64,000 nt of DNA from contig JAJCTO010000010.1 in assembly GCA_046563655.1 (NCBI GenBank), positions 434,001-498,000 of the forward strand. The letters run 5' to 3'. This DNA comes from Yuukianura sp. NJ FZ-2021 (Eukaryota). The position numbers were made by a program, and so were the translations under genes. Positions 33,478 through 45,994 of this stretch are shown here, piece by piece. Below the pieces are notes generated by a model. It had not been told where the DNA came from. It saw nothing but the letters and a program-made list of their open reading frames with translations, and made no database searches. The first letter of the stretch is position 1; every line of letters begins with the position of its first letter.

Positions 33478-33493
33478 CAAAAAAAAAAACAAA

Positions 33494-34843
33494 ATGCCAA
33501 AAGTTAAATCTTCCAGAGTTTCTCCATCATCTTCTTCTTCTTCTTCTTTACCTTACACATTTGTTAGATCAGAAACACAACTCTTTGAAGAACCGATATT
33601 TGATGTTAGTCTGGCATCAACTTCAGCTACGGAATTTCATTCAATCAACTCACTTTCAGACAATCAAGCTCCTCTAGAATTTTTTGTACAAGGAAACCAA
33701 ACTGAACTAGTCGACTTGTCGGAAACAAAACTTTATTTAAAAGTCAAAATTGTGAAGCAGAATGGTACAGATTTGGACGACACCTCAATTGTTGCATCAG
33801 TCAACAATTTCCTTCACTCTTTATTTCTACAGTGTTCAATATATCTCAACGAAGTTTTAATTACTCCTGCAAGTTTGCAATATGCCTACAGGGCATACTT
33901 GGAAACTTTACTTGGATATGGAAAAGAATACAAACGCTCCCAAAGTCAATGCTCACTTTTCTACAAGGAAAAGGATCCTAAATGTACAGATGAAACAAAA
34001 GAGGATGGATTTAAACAAAGATACGCATTTGCTGTAAAAAGCAAAACAATTGAAATGGTCGGGCGTCCATTCACCGACCTTTGTGTTCAAAACAAATTTC
34101 TTGTTCCTTCAATTGACTTGCGGATTTCATTTCTAAGATCCACTCCAGAATTCTGTCTTGTTGCCAAAACAACTGGCAACTATCAAGTTCAAATACAAGA
34201 TGCACGTCTAATTGTACAACGACATCAACTCCTTCCATCCTTACTAACTTCAATTCTCCAAACTTGGGAGCATGGGAAACCAGCGACTTATCCCATGAAA
34301 CGAGTTGAAATTAAAACATATACCCTATCTCCTGGTACAGTCACCAACGTAAACGAAAACCTCATTTCTGGTGTCATATGTGATCGACTACTTATTGGAC
34401 TTTTACCGTCAGAAAACTACATTGGATCTATAACTACAAATCCATTTGCATTTGAGCACTTTGACTTGAGCTATATAAATGTCAGTATTAATGGTGACTC
34501 TGGAACTGCACTTGGGACACATGTTGACTTCAGCCAAGATCAATATGTTCAACTCTACCATAATCTGTTTAGTAGTCTCGGAATAGCCAACGACGACGTT
34601 GGATTAGATTTGAACCGGGAGGAATTCAAATCTCACCCACTAATGCTATATAATCTCAGACATTCAAAAGAAGGGTTTCCTACTCCGAAGTACGGCAACG
34701 TCAAAATTGATCTCAAATTTAAAACGGCACTCAAATGCTCTGTCACCGTCCGCGTCTATGCCGAGTTTCAATCCGTCTTACACATTGATTCTACAAAATC
34801 AGTATACTTTAGAGACTACAGTCTAGCCAGCCTTCAACAATGA
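33494..34843 (+). CDS. Major capsid protein, copy 2
   Basis: Starts MPKVKSS; 3 amino-acid differences seen from copy 1. Confidence 0.88.
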   Translation: MPKVKSSRVSPSSSSSSSLPYTFVRSETQLFEEPIFDVSLASTSATEFHSINSLSDNQAPLEFFVQGNQTELVDLSETKLYLKVKIVKQNGTDLDDTSIVASVNNFLHSLFLQCSIYLNEVLITPASLQYAYRAYLETLLGYGKEYKRSQSQCSLFYKEKDPKCTDETKEDGFKQRYAFAVKSKTIEMVGRPFTDLCVQNKFLVPSIDLRISFLRSTPEFCLVAKTTGNYQVQIQDARLIVQRHQLLPSLLTSILQTWEHGKPATYPMKRVEIKTYTLSPGTVTNVNENLISGVICDRLLIGLLPSENYIGSITTNPFAFEHFDLSYINVSINGDSGTALGTHVDFSQDQYVQLYHNLFSSLGIANDDVGLDLNREEFKSHPLMLYNLRHSKEGFPTPKYGNVKIDLKFKTALKCSVTVRVYAEFQSVLHIDSTKSVYFRDYSLASLQQ

Positions 34844-34980
34844 ATACACAACAAATTTATTCTTATCTTGCCAAAATTGTCGGCAAATATCCTTCAACTT
34901 TTGATGTAATTCCAATAGATCATTTGAGTAACATGCAAATTTTCACCTGTCCACTTCTCATGGTCGTCAACAGTGCTCCT
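34840..34980 (+). pseudogene. Protease 5' fragment, copy 2
   Basis: Mirror of 10077-10217. Confidence 0.8.
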
Positions 34981-35352
34981 TATATATATATATATATATA
35001 TGTCCGCTCGGCCGAAGAGCTTAGCGATACTCACACTCCTCCTCCTCAGTATAACACAGACCGGCCCATACCATTGGCGGTGGAGTCCAAGGGCTTTGCA
35101 GCGGCGGCGGTGGTGGCGGCGGCGGTGGTGGGAGAATCCAAAAGTAATTCAACCGAAAGACATTTTGAACAAGTTTTTTCGTGACGTTTAGCAACGTCCA
35201 ATCGTGAAAATAATTTCCCACAGCGAGAGTAGACACTCATTTTACAAAGAGCAAATGACAACTAAACCTCAGCTTCAGAAATGACTTGGTTTATATACAG
35301 AAAATTTTTATTATACAAGTATTTCAAATTTATTCTAATTTTATAATAAAAA

Positions 35353-35620
35353 TTATTTTGGAATATCTCTATGGCCAAAAGCTAGAGTATTGATACTATC
35401 TACAGCATATCTTTTAGTGTCTTACCCGTTGAGAGCCTTCTTCATGGTGACCTCTGTAAAAATTCTGTGTTCGACGCTTCTGAAACCACGCATGGTGACC
35501 ATAGTCTGAACATTCTCCTTGAGGACTCGTTCATAGTCTTCATACTTGACTTGCCCATTCACTGCCGTCTTGGTTATTCCTTTTGCCTTCTTGGTATAGT
35601 CATCCTTCAAGAGCCATTCA
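35353..35620 (-). pseudogene. polB: Polinton C polB extreme 3' end, separated from the rest by Polinton B
   Basis: KKAKGI...TLAFGH. Continues 55858+ once the insertion is removed. Confidence 0.88.
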
Positions 35621-36165
35621 AGTAATAACCTTAGTTTAGCTAGTAGAACCGAGATGGGAGAATTCCATCTCAGTTCTGCTGGCTGATTTGTGCTTTATGC
35701 TGGAAATCTGAAGTAGGTCAGTGGGAATGAAATGCATCCCCCACTCCCCGTGTCCCCCCCCTGCGCATTGAACAAAACAATGTCACGCTGAAGACTCTAC
35801 ACACATAAAATTTGAAAAGAGGATTGGAAAAGAGGAATTGAGTAGTTGCTCTTGAGATGATGGAAATGATGGAAGTTTGTTTAAGAAAATCAAATTTACA
35901 AAACTGTAAATTTTTGAATTTAGACTACAAAACAAAAAAAAACACACAAAAATATTTTCTGATGTTTGTCGATTCATTGAATGCATAAAACAAATTTGTG
36001 AATGTTTTGGATCCAAATTTTGTTTGGTCTTGTTTGGAGGAGTGTGAGAAAAAGTTTCAGATTCTTCACATAAAATTGATGGGTTTCTCGTCACATCTCA
36101 AAAGAACAAAAGCAATAAAATTTGACTTGACACAACATGTCAGAGTTGACACTCTGTAATCCCCT
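35621..36165 (+). repeat. Polinton B left TIR (first ~103 bp near-identical to right TIR, then decaying similarity)
   Basis: Matches the reverse complement of about 55305-55851. Confidence 0.88.
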
Positions 36166-36250
36166 GTTAACTCGATCAATGTCTTTTCAAAATAAGAGCT
36201 TGTGGATGTAATTTCGCTTAAGTTCTATCAATCGAATTTCAGTAACAGAA

Positions 36251-36885
36251 ATGGATCACAGTCAGTTGAAACACTGTCATAATTTTGACACTGTTGTTTT
36301 TAAAAATAAGTTACCAGAATCCCATCCAGCTCTTTCTTTTTTAGAAAAAGAGGGTACTATTTTTGGTAGAAAAGGCGAAGTTTTGGAATTTTCTGAGTCC
36401 TCATCAGAGGATTCAGACGGCGATGACGAAGAGAATGGAGGGCTGTCGCGCCGCTACTGGCGCGAAAAAATTCGAGTGAGACCCCAAGTGGACTTAAGAA
36501 CGTACAGAATGAGAATAAGGCTTGGAAAGTAAGTGAAAAACTATTTTTCAAATAAAAATGTATGTTTGAAAAGTGAAGTTTTGTAAAAAAAAAACTCTAT
36601 TTTCAGGCCTTGTGTATTTAGTTTCAAAATCATGACGATGATGAAGAAGCAAGGTTGGATTCCAGGCCAACGGCTGGGAAAAAACGGGACTGGTCCACTC
36701 TATCCAGTAAGTTGTTTAAGAAGAAGTTCTGAATATGTTAATAGTAGTTTTATTTTATATAAGTTAATTAATTTTCATTTGTGATGTAGATGTATGCGGA
36801 GGAAAGCCAGGAGCTTTGGGGTCAACACTCGGACGGTCGCGGGTTAGGAGCGGAAAGTGTGAAAAGTTTTATGCTCGCAAAATAA
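36251..36885 (+). CDS. G-patch domain protein, 3 exons (36251-36528, 36607-36706, 36790-36885), about 157 aa
   Basis: Spliced product KIMTMMKKQGWIPGQRLGKNGTGPLYP...GRGLG fits the G-patch consensus. Introns are GT-AG and the frame is open. Confidence 0.85.
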
Positions 36886-37247
36886 TTTTTGTTGGTTAAA
36901 TAAAAAGTTTGCATTATCAATAAAATTTGATTAATTTGAGAATGAAAAGTGTTTTGGTTTTGGGAATTCGAGTATAGTCTTTGCAGTTTGGTTAGCTTGA
37001 AAGATTAGGAGTTTGAAGGTAATTTCTTTAATTTTTGGTATTTTTATGAATTGAAGCGGTTGAGCCGCGGCAGCCTTTTTTTACAAATTTCCTTTTACAA
37101 AATTTTGATTAGGTTTTTTCATGATTTTATAATTTTTGTTGCTTGACTCAAAAATAGTTGTACGAAGTTGAATGAAGTGTTTTTTTGCTTTGTGAAAGAG
37201 AGGAGACGACGAAGCTTTGTGTTTCTTAGGATTTGGAGAAAAAGGTG

Positions 37248-37410
37248 GTGGATCTCCAAATCTGTCAAATACTTTGACGGTATTTGATCCACGAATTGTT
37301 CTAGTAATTAAATAAGTAACTCAATTGCCCAGTGGTGTAGATGATCCATTGAGCAATTGAGTTACTTTTATGCAAATTTTTTTGAAATGTATGCTGCGGG
37401 TTCAAATCCC
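37248..37410 (+). ncRNA. Two tandem hairpins plus downstream B-box (Polinton B)
   Basis: Stems 37248-37292 and 37314-37367, the second ending in TTTT, then GCTGCGGGTTCAAATCCC at 37393-37410. Confidence 0.4.
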
Positions 37411-37754
37411 GCACCTTGCAGAATTTTTTAATTTTTTTGTACTATTATATAATATGAGAGTTTGGGGAAAGTTTTGAACCGAAAACTAATGTTAAAAATT
37501 TCGCTAAAAAATTTAAAACACTTTTGTAGTTTTGTTGGAAAACGCTGACAGTTGTTTTGTTATGTAGCTTTTTTCAGCTTTTGAACACACAAATTTTTCA
37601 AAACATGATTCTTTTCAGGGGGAAGTGAGGGGAGTTTAAATGATTCCGTAATGGGGTGCGGCTGGAGTTTAGTATAAATTCTTTGAAATTTTGGGAACTT
37701 TTGATCAGATATGTGACGCTCATGTAGCTAGATTGAGGTAAATACGATTAAGTC

Positions 37755-40700
37755 ATGGCAGGTAATTACTTTTGCTCATTTTGCTCCACATACTTTGATT
37801 CACTTGAGCTGTTTGAAAGTCACTGCCGGAGATATCACAACAGGAATACTGAACAAGCAAGTAAGACTTTGAAAATGTAAATTGTAGCTTTTTTTATCTA
37901 TGTCGAATTGTTTTTTGTTTTAAATGTCAGTGGAACAACCGGGTTCAAGCTAATCCATGAGGGGTAGACCAGTTCACAATACCAATTTTGAGAACAGCTT
38001 AGACAACAGTCAATTCAACGAAGCTTTAACTGATGTTGTTAATATTAATAATAACGGTATACTTATTAAATCCTTTCTTTGCTAAAATGTAACTTTATGA
38101 ATGATTTGGTTTCTCAGAGCTCCTGATGGAGCTTTCTGCGGATGATCTTGAGGTGATTGAGCAAGTACTGCGGGAAGATGACCTTAGCCTTGGTATGTGA
38201 GCTAACCTAACCTAGATTTGGTTCAAATTTGTATTTTTTTTCCAGAACTGTCTCCGCCAAATGTTTGGACAGAAAACGTAAATTTTAAGAACCGATTTTG
38301 TCCACTCTGTGTTGTTCGTTTCAAAGACGCGGGTGATTTGGATTTACATCGGTTTGTCTATCATCCGGAACTTTTTGAGAGAAGTGAAATACCAGTTCAA
38401 GTAGGTGGACGATTAAATGCTGCTGAATTTGTTCTCCAGCGTGGAAGAAGAGGACGTGAAGGTATAGTTCGAGAGTATGTTGCTGACTTGACTAGAAGTA
38501 TTTATGGTGACATTGAAGGAGTGTTTACGTGTCATGAAGTGATTCTATTAGAACTTTTGAGGAACATTTTTTTGGAGATTGGAGCGTATAGAATTTTGGG
38601 GACCGTCTACGCTGAAATGACAAGATTAGCCAGAGATGTCGCTGGTGTCAGTGAAAGTGAAGTTTTCCCATTTCACTCATTTATGCATAGTGTTTTAGAT
38701 CCTAGTATGGTATCAACAGTTATTCATCAATTACAGCGCAAAATGTCACTATCGTTGGAAGCATTTCTATACAATGGTTCGGGGTGGAGAGTGAAACTGT
38801 TTACAAAATTTCAACTACGAATTTTGAAATTTCAAATGGACAGAGCTTCAAGTTACATTCCTACACCAAAGTCAATTCAAAACAAAAATTGTGTTGTGAA
38901 TATAAGAAACACTGATGAGTACTGTTTCAAGTATTGTATTTTGGCAGCATTGTTTCCTCTTTACCAGAATCCAAACATTAACTGGAAAAGATTCACAGAT
39001 CCGAGAGAGTATCTTAAATACAAATGCAGTGTTGACTTTGACTGTATCAACTTTCCAATGTCAATTTGTCAGATGGATAAATTCTTGCACTTTAACTCCA
39101 GTTTAGCAGTAAATGTTTATGGTTATGAGGAATTGGATGAACTGGACTCTAACATTTCAAAAAAGAAGGTCACCGTTTTTCCATTGTATGTGTGTAAGGA
39201 AAGAAGAAAGTTTAACATTGACTTGCTCTTGTTGCTAGATGGTTTGAAAGCTCACTTCACTTTATTAAAGAAAAGTGATTTAAATCCTTCGGAAGGTCTT
39301 TCTAGACTTTTGGGAAAGGAAGAACGGAATTATGCAAAATACATCTGCAGATTCTGTCTACTCTATTGGAAAACAAAGAAGAAGCTCGAGAATCATGAAA
39401 AATACTGTGCCGCTTTAGAACTACAAAGAGTTTCGTTACCAAATGAAAAGTATTTCAATTTCACAAGAATTAAGAGAACACTGCCTGTACCAGTTGTCGG
39501 TTATTTGGATTTTGAAGCAATTTTATTTCCACAAGCAGCAAGTGACCTAACGTCAAAGGTTGGTGATGTGTACAATGAGCACATTGCTTGTGGGTGGTCA
39601 CTCATATTGATTGGACCTCTCGGTGAAGCACTTGAAGGAATTAAAATTTTTCAAGGTCATGACGCGCAGCATACTGCTCTTGATGAGTTAATCAAAACGG
39701 CTTCAAAATATTTTCCACTCCTAAAAGTTGATGTTGGGCGGGATGCAAGATGGTGTACTACAGACTTTTATAACTTGCTTCATGCCTCAACACACTGTAT
39801 ACATTGTGGTATGGAGGTTCCTAACCGCGAAAAAGTGATTGATCATTGTCATTATACCGGAGCTATTCGTGGAATGAGTTGTAGCAAGTGTAACTTAAAT
39901 TGTGAGACAGTTAATTTCATTCCAATCATATGTCACGGTTTTCGTCACTACGACTCAAAATTTATTGTACAAGCTCTTAAAAGTACAAAACTGAAAAAAG
40001 TGGAAGTGCTACCTCACTCGATTGAAAAGTTTACTTCAATGCAATTGACAACTTTAGAAGGATATGTACTTAAGTTCATGGATTCTTTTCAGTTTATAAG
40101 TTCAAGTTTAGCCGATCAAGTCAAAGTTTTGGCAAAGGATAACTTTGATAAGTTTCCCATAACAAAAGCCACATTTGATAAGAATTATAAAAATATTAAT
40201 TTGTTGTTTCGAAAAGGAGTGTATCCTTATACATATTTTGACAATTTTGAAAAGTTTGATGAGACAAGTTTACCGCCGAAATGTCTTTGGGTGAGTGACT
40301 TAACAGGGAAAGGAATTAGTGATGAAGACTTTGAACATGCACAACGTGTTTGGAAAGAATTTGGTTGTAAAACTTTGAGGGATTACCACAACCTATACGT
40401 ATCTCTAGATGTCACACTTCTTGCTGACTGTTTTCAAAACTTTAGGCAAAGATTTTTAGCAGATTTCCGTTTAGACCCTGCTCACTATTACACTTTGCCT
40501 GGTATAGCATATGATGCTGCTATACTATGTGGCAGTGTTGGTTTTGAATATTTGCAAGATTTGGATCAATATACGTTTATTGAGAGAGGAATTAGGGGTG
40601 GTATTTGTAGCGTTGGCTTGCGCTATGCAAAAGCAAACAACAAATTCTTAGGTTCATCCTATGACCCTACGCTACCAACAAGTTATTTATGTTTGTGGGA

Positions 40701-42040
40701 TGCAAACGTGCTGTACGCCCACCAACTTCGAAATTTTGTACCATGGAAAGACTTCCGGTGGGATTTATGTTTGTGGCAAAGGACAGTGAAGCTGGAACGA
40801 TGTCATAAAGATGATTCGGGGTATGGACGACGAAGCGGAAGAAGGTTTAATTTTGGAAGTAGATTTGACGTATCCAAAGGAGCTGCATGATTTGCACAAC
40901 GATTACCCACTTGCAGTTGAGCGGCGATCTATTCAGTTTTCAGATTTGTCATCCTACACACATCATGTTATGTATAACGCAGGAGCGAAGTCTTCAACTC
41001 AAAAAAAGACAAAGTTGGTGGGAAGTTTAGAAGATAAAAAGAATTATGTTGTACACTACAGATTACTAAAACTTTTTTTAGAACTTGGTTTGAAGTTAAC
41101 AAAAGTACACTGTGCTTTGAGGTTCAGACAAGCACCATTGTTCCGTGTATACTGTGAGTTGTGTATAAAAAGGAGCCAAGGGTCAACAAATGAAGTAGAC
41201 AAGAAAGCCTACAAAGCTTTGGGAAACATTTTAGTTGGAAAAACGTTTCAAAATGTTAGAAAATATAAGCGAATTAATGTTGCCCTATGAAAAGAGAAGA
41301 TTTTGGAGTATGGTAAAAAGCCTACAGTAGAAGATATTAGAATAATACATGATGACTGTGTTCTATTTCAAATGAAAAAGTTGTCTGTGTGTTTGAATAA
41401 GCCAATATTTGTAGGGCTTACTGTGTTAGACGATAGTAAAAAACAAATGTATGAAGTATACTATAAGAAACTGAAACCACGTTATGGTAGTAATATGCGT
41501 CTAATATTTACAGATACTGATAGTTTTATGTTATATATTAAGACAGAAGATGTTTATGCAGATATTTATGCTAGTGTAAGGCAAGACGAAGGGCTATTTG
41601 ATACGTCAAATTTTAAGAAAAGTGATAAGCTACTAGGACACTTGTACAGTGACAAGCATGCTGGAGAAGGGGGATACTACAAAGATGAGAGTCCAGAGTG
41701 CATAATTTCTGAAGTTGTGGCTCTAAAACCAAAACTATATTCTTTGAAGCTGGTGACACGTGACGGAGAGGAGAGAGAAATTAAAAAAGCAAAAGGTACT
41801 GTGACTGCAGTGCTGGAGTCTCAGTTAAGCTTCAAAGATTATAAAGATGTATTAGAGGAAGGTAGCTGTAGATTTGTATCAATGAATACTATTCGTAGTT
41901 TAAATCACAAACTGTACACAACAACAATGAAAAAGCAGAGCTTGTCTGCGGTAGATGACAAGGCCTTTTATTTGACACCAATTGAATCCCTTAGATTTGG
42001 ACATTATAAGATTAAAGAGTTTCAAGATAGTGTTGTGTAG
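37755..42040 (+). pseudogene. polB: Polinton B pPolB with spliced 5' C2H2 exons
   Basis: Exon 1 MAGNYFCSFC...HCRRYH. Introns include 38057-38117 and 38193-38245. Motifs GSGW, YLDFEA, DHCH..CN, RKGVYPY, DANVLY and FTDTDS. Frameshift near 40790 and stop at 41288. Confidence 0.92.
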
Positions 42041-42129
42041 AAGGAAGGAAATAAACCAGTTTAATAAAAATTTAATAAATCATGTTTTGAATATGTTTCA
42101 CTTCATTTGCGTACAGAAGTTCGGATAGG

Positions 42130-42775
42130 ATGGAGTTCAGGCCTGAATTGATTCATCCGTTTGTGATGGTGTTGAGTGGACCTACACAAAGTGGAAAGAG
42201 TACACTGATTAGACAATTGATTGAAAGGAGAGATGAAGTAATTGAACCAAAAATTAGGCGTATTATTTGTTGCTACAGTGAGGATGAGCCTAGTTTTGCG
42301 GAGACATTGAGATTACATCATAAAGTTGAATTTAAGCAAGGGATGGAGAATTTGGATGTGGCAGAAGGAAATCAAGTGGAAACAATGGTGATTTTAGATG
42401 ACTTCATGGAGGTTATTGCCAACTCGAAAGAAGTCTGTGCCATGGCCACCAGAGGCTCTCATCATCGCTCTCTTAGTTTAAGTTATAACAGTGCAAAATT
42501 TTTTTTATAAGGGATGTAGAAACCTAACTTTAAATAGTAAATATGTAGTTTTGTTTCGAAATCCCAGGGATACAACAATTATAAAATACTTGGCAAGGCA
42601 AATGAATGGCGGAAAGTCAAACGGGTTGTTGGAAGAAGCATATGAAGACGCAACAAAAAACAAGCCCAATAGTTATTTGTTTATTGATTTATCTCAAAAT
42701 CAGGATGACAATTTTCGTTTTAGATCAAATGTGTTTCCCAGACTCATCCTCTTGTATAGTATATATGAAGAGATA
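42130..42775 (+). pseudogene. Packaging ATPase (frameshifted near 42480)
   Basis: GPTQSGKST, ILDDF, TRGSHH and FRNPRD spread over two frames. Confidence 0.9.
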
Positions 42776-42786
42776 ATAATAAAAGC

Positions 42787-43350
42787 TTACAGTTGCAATC
42801 TTTTGAGTTTCAAAAGTCCTTCCATCAAACAGTCGTATAACTCAACGGGCAAAGCGACTCCGACACTTTGATCAAATTGATTCTTAATGTGCAAGTGTGT
42901 TGTTCCAGAAAATCCGTTTTCATTTCCAAAAAAAAGTTGCCAACCGTCTTCCAAGTTAATTTGAGGTGGAGGAAATGGTTTAGGAAATTCTTTCCGGACT
43001 TCAACGACCATAGAAAGGGATGTAACCTTCTTTGCACGTTGATTAGGTGTAGATTGCCGTCTAATTTTTTTTCCACCTCCAGTTCTGCGACAAGTTTGCT
43101 CAGATTCAGGCTCAGTTGTAGGTTGAGGAGTTGGGTGGATGACAGTGTTAATATATGTATCCATTTCGGTAGCAAATGTAGAAGTAGTTGGAGAAGTAGC
43201 TGGTTTGTCCATAGTACGTTGCCTTCCAAGTTTATTTAAGTTACAATTGCAGGAAAAAGTTTTACACACGGTTATCGTAGTTGTATTATTTCTTTTGAAG
43301 AAAAAATTGGATAATGTTTGCCAAATAGAACAAAAACTACAAGAGCTCAT
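42787..43350 (-). CDS. Conserved Polinton protein (homologue of 15589-16083)
   Basis: Shared N-terminal Cys block and C-terminal LEDGWQL domain. Confidence 0.65.
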   Translation of the reverse strand: MSSCSFCSIWQTLSNFFFKRNNTTTITVCKTFSCNCNLNKLGRQRTMDKPATSPTTSTFATEMDTYINTVIHPTPQPTTEPESEQTCRRTGGGKKIRRQSTPNQRAKKVTSLSMVVEVRKEFPKPFPPPQINLEDGWQLFFGNENGFSGTTHLHIKNQFDQSVGVALPVELYDCLMEGLLKLKRLQL

Positions 43351-43363
43351 TCCTCGATCAAGT

Positions 43364-44350
43364 TCAAACTAGAAATGGTGAAACTTTTAAAAGTTCTTCC
43401 CTGTAAAATATTCCAAAAATTGAAACCCCCTTTTTGTCTTGGATTTGAAAGGTGATTGGATTTGTATTATAAACATTTGAAATTGTAAAAATTTCATTTT
43501 TCCAAGACTGGGCGTAGCCTTTAGCAAAAGTGGATTTAACTTTACTGATAAGTACTTTATCACCAACGTGAAGCAGTTTTGACTTTGGAAATTTGAGTCT
43601 AGATGTATATTTTGAGTACAAATTTAAGAAAACTTGAGTTTTTGTTTCGTTGTTGACTTGATTTGGAGTCATTTTTATTGAGGAATGGTAGGAATTGTTA
43701 TAAGCCTCAACAAGATTTTGCAAAACATGAGTGTATTTTGTACTATTTGAATGAGTCATGTACTTTGCAATCCTATTCATGAGAGTTCTGTTAAACCGTT
43801 CAACTATTACAGCTTTAAGTTCAGAACGGGTATTAAACAAGTTTACTCCTACTTTTTTAAGCATAGTTTTGACATTCTTATTAATAAACTCAGATCCCTG
43901 ATCGCACTGCAACTGCTTAGGCACGCCTCTTTTTTTAAATATTTTTTGTAAAGTTGTAGCTAAAAGTTTTCCAGTTTTATTTTTGAGTGGAATAGCGTCT
44001 GCAACTTTTGAAAAAGCATCAATGCAGGTAGCCAAATATCTATATCCTCCATTTGTGTCTTTGTACTTGGAAAGGTCAACCAAATCAATACAATACTGAT
44101 ACTTCATTGACAGAACAAACACTTTTCGCCGGGGATAACGTTTTCTAGCTGGAACGTGTAAATTATATGCCGGTAGAGATGACAGAGCGTTTCCCACAAC
44201 CTTAGAAAGTGTGGATGCGGAGAGTTTATTTTCTTTAGATTTAAGTAGAGTTTTGAGAATTTGGCGTTGTCCAGTAAAAGCAAAACTATTTTTAGGGTTG
44301 ACATACTGCTGCCTAATTTTTTTTTCAAGTTTGAGGTGACGTCGCGGCAT
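43364..44350 (-). CDS. int: Polinton integrase, 328 aa
   Basis: IDLVD, CDQGSEF, VERFNRTL and FYREEL. Confidence 0.93.
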   Translation of the reverse strand: MPRRHLKLEKKIRQQYVNPKNSFAFTGQRQILKTLLKSKENKLSASTLSKVVGNALSSLPAYNLHVPARKRYPRRKVFVLSMKYQYCIDLVDLSKYKDTNGGYRYLATCIDAFSKVADAIPLKNKTGKLLATTLQKIFKKRGVPKQLQCDQGSEFINKNVKTMLKKVGVNLFNTRSELKAVIVERFNRTLMNRIAKYMTHSNSTKYTHVLQNLVEAYNNSYHSSIKMTPNQVNNETKTQVFLNLYSKYTSRLKFPKSKLLHVGDKVLISKVKSTFAKGYAQSWKNEIFTISNVYNTNPITFQIQDKKGVSIFGIFYREELLKVSPFLV

Positions 44351-44516
44351 GATGACAAGTAGTTGAGGGGGAGTGGGGGGAACTTAAGTTCAAATGTCAA
44401 AAGGGGGCGTTAAAAGGTGACTGAACAAATGTTTTGACTATGTAAATTCTTATAAAGGATTTAGTAATTTGGAAAAGTTTGTTCATTTGAAAAGTTGACA
44501 TGCCGCTGGGAACATC

Positions 44517-44849
44517 ATGTCTCTAAGATTACGAAAAAATTGTGACTTTTTGAAATATTTGTCAACTTGTGCAAAAGAACAACGAATAGGGTTAATAAAA
44601 AACGCAACAAAGCCTGAAATTGAGTCTATTTGTGAATGCATTTTAAATATTTATAAAAAAAACTTTGGAGTGAGTAGTAAAACAATTTCAAAATTAAAAC
44701 CGCATAAGAAGACAATTCTTTCAATTGTAAAACGAAGAAAAACTTCATTATCAAGAAAAAAGAAGCTTTTAACACAACGCGGTGGAGCTATCCTTCCAAT
44801 TCTCCTTGCATCAATAATTCCACCAGTACTTTCCAGAATTTTAAAATAA
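44517..44849 (+). CDS. Small basic QRGG Polinton protein
   Basis: SICECILNI...LLTQRGGAILPILLA. Confidence 0.78.
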   Translation: MSLRLRKNCDFLKYLSTCAKEQRIGLIKNATKPEIESICECILNIYKKNFGVSSKTISKLKPHKKTILSIVKRRKTSLSRKKKLLTQRGGAILPILLASIIPPVLSRILK

Positions 44850-44890
44850 AGCAGTGAGAAGGGAATAGGTAAGTAGGAGGAATTGACAGA

Positions 44891-45014
44891 ATGAAGAGGT
44901 TGAGATTAGTTTCGGAAGCTGAATATAAAAAAAAGTTTGACCCTACATTTGAAGTAAGCAGCAGCGGCAACAGTGGAGTTGATTTGACAAAAAGTTTAGA
45001 TTCAAAGTTGACTC

Positions 45015-45047
<33 letters not shown>

Positions 45048-45994
45048 GTAAAGGGGAACAGTTGCAATTTGGTAAACAACAAATTTTGAGTGCAAAGGAT
45101 ATTCCTGATGACATCAAGGCTTTACTTTATCATGACTTTGCGAAACGGTTACACGAGAGACGTAAAATTTTAGCCAACCAACCTATTCTTGTTAAAAATG
45201 TGGACAGAAAAAAAAAAGGAGCGACGAGTGCAATTTTAAGCAGTAATAATTCTGGAAACTCTTCTATGATTTTGGTTACTGAACCCTACATTTTAAAACA
45301 AATTCCAAAAGTGAAAGAAGGAAAAAAATTGTTTAAACATATGAAACAATGTAACATTTTTTGGAATGATAAGTTTGAAATTGTTATTGACGAAAACCGA
45401 ATTCCATTTTCAAATATTATAAATGTCATTTCATATTACTTGGAAAATTCAAAACGAAGAGAACAGTTTCAACCACCTCCAGGTTGGTATGAAGTACATC
45501 AGCACCTTCAATCCGCATTAGTTTCCCCCACACGCCATAAGAAAACTACTAAAGCAATTTAAATCCATACATTATGGTTCCCTAAACATGTCACCAACTA
45601 AATCTACTCCAGCGCTTAATTTAGAAAAAACATCTCCAGCTTCGTCTAGTATCATTTCATTTGAACCGGGTTCAAATTATTCTACAGCTGATTTAAATAG
45701 TAGTACAGCAATAGAAACATTACCAAATGACTCTCAGCTTTTATTGGATGAAGACCAAGAAGTTGGAAGTGGAGGAGTGGAAAGAAGTGGTGTAGTAGAT
45801 AGACAAGACGAAGAGGGTGTGGAATTTCCTTCAAACAAACGTACTACTCCTATGCTAGCACGTTTGAGAAAAGAAAAACTCCACCTTCAACTCCAAAAAA
45901 AGTTAAAGGAAAAGTAGTAAAAGGGAAACAAGTTGGAAAAGGTTTCAAGCATCGTCCTTCTCCTCCTCCCTTTTTAAATTGGGAAACATACTAA
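44891..45994 (+). pseudogene. Conserved Polinton protein of unknown function (split into 223-aa and 109-aa ORFs)
   Basis: Homologous to 30792-31889. The end coordinate is approximate. Confidence 0.62.

Larger units (their letters stand above)
23935..34980 (+). mobile_element. Polinton family A, copy 2 (inverted, both ends truncated)
   Basis: Same gene set as copy 1, starting within the first polB exon and ending at the (TA)n tract at 34981. Confidence 0.93.

Noticed and set aside
33332..33493. 54-aa N-terminal extension of the capsid in the 503-aa ORF
   Set aside because: It overlaps the PW-like gene out of frame, depends on A-run length and is absent in copy 1. The start MPKVK is shared with family B.
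37325..37420. tRNA gene suggested by GGTTCAAATCC (also 21448-21464 and about 52063)
   Set aside because: Only a T-arm/B-box-like motif is present; no acceptor, D or anticodon stems could be built.
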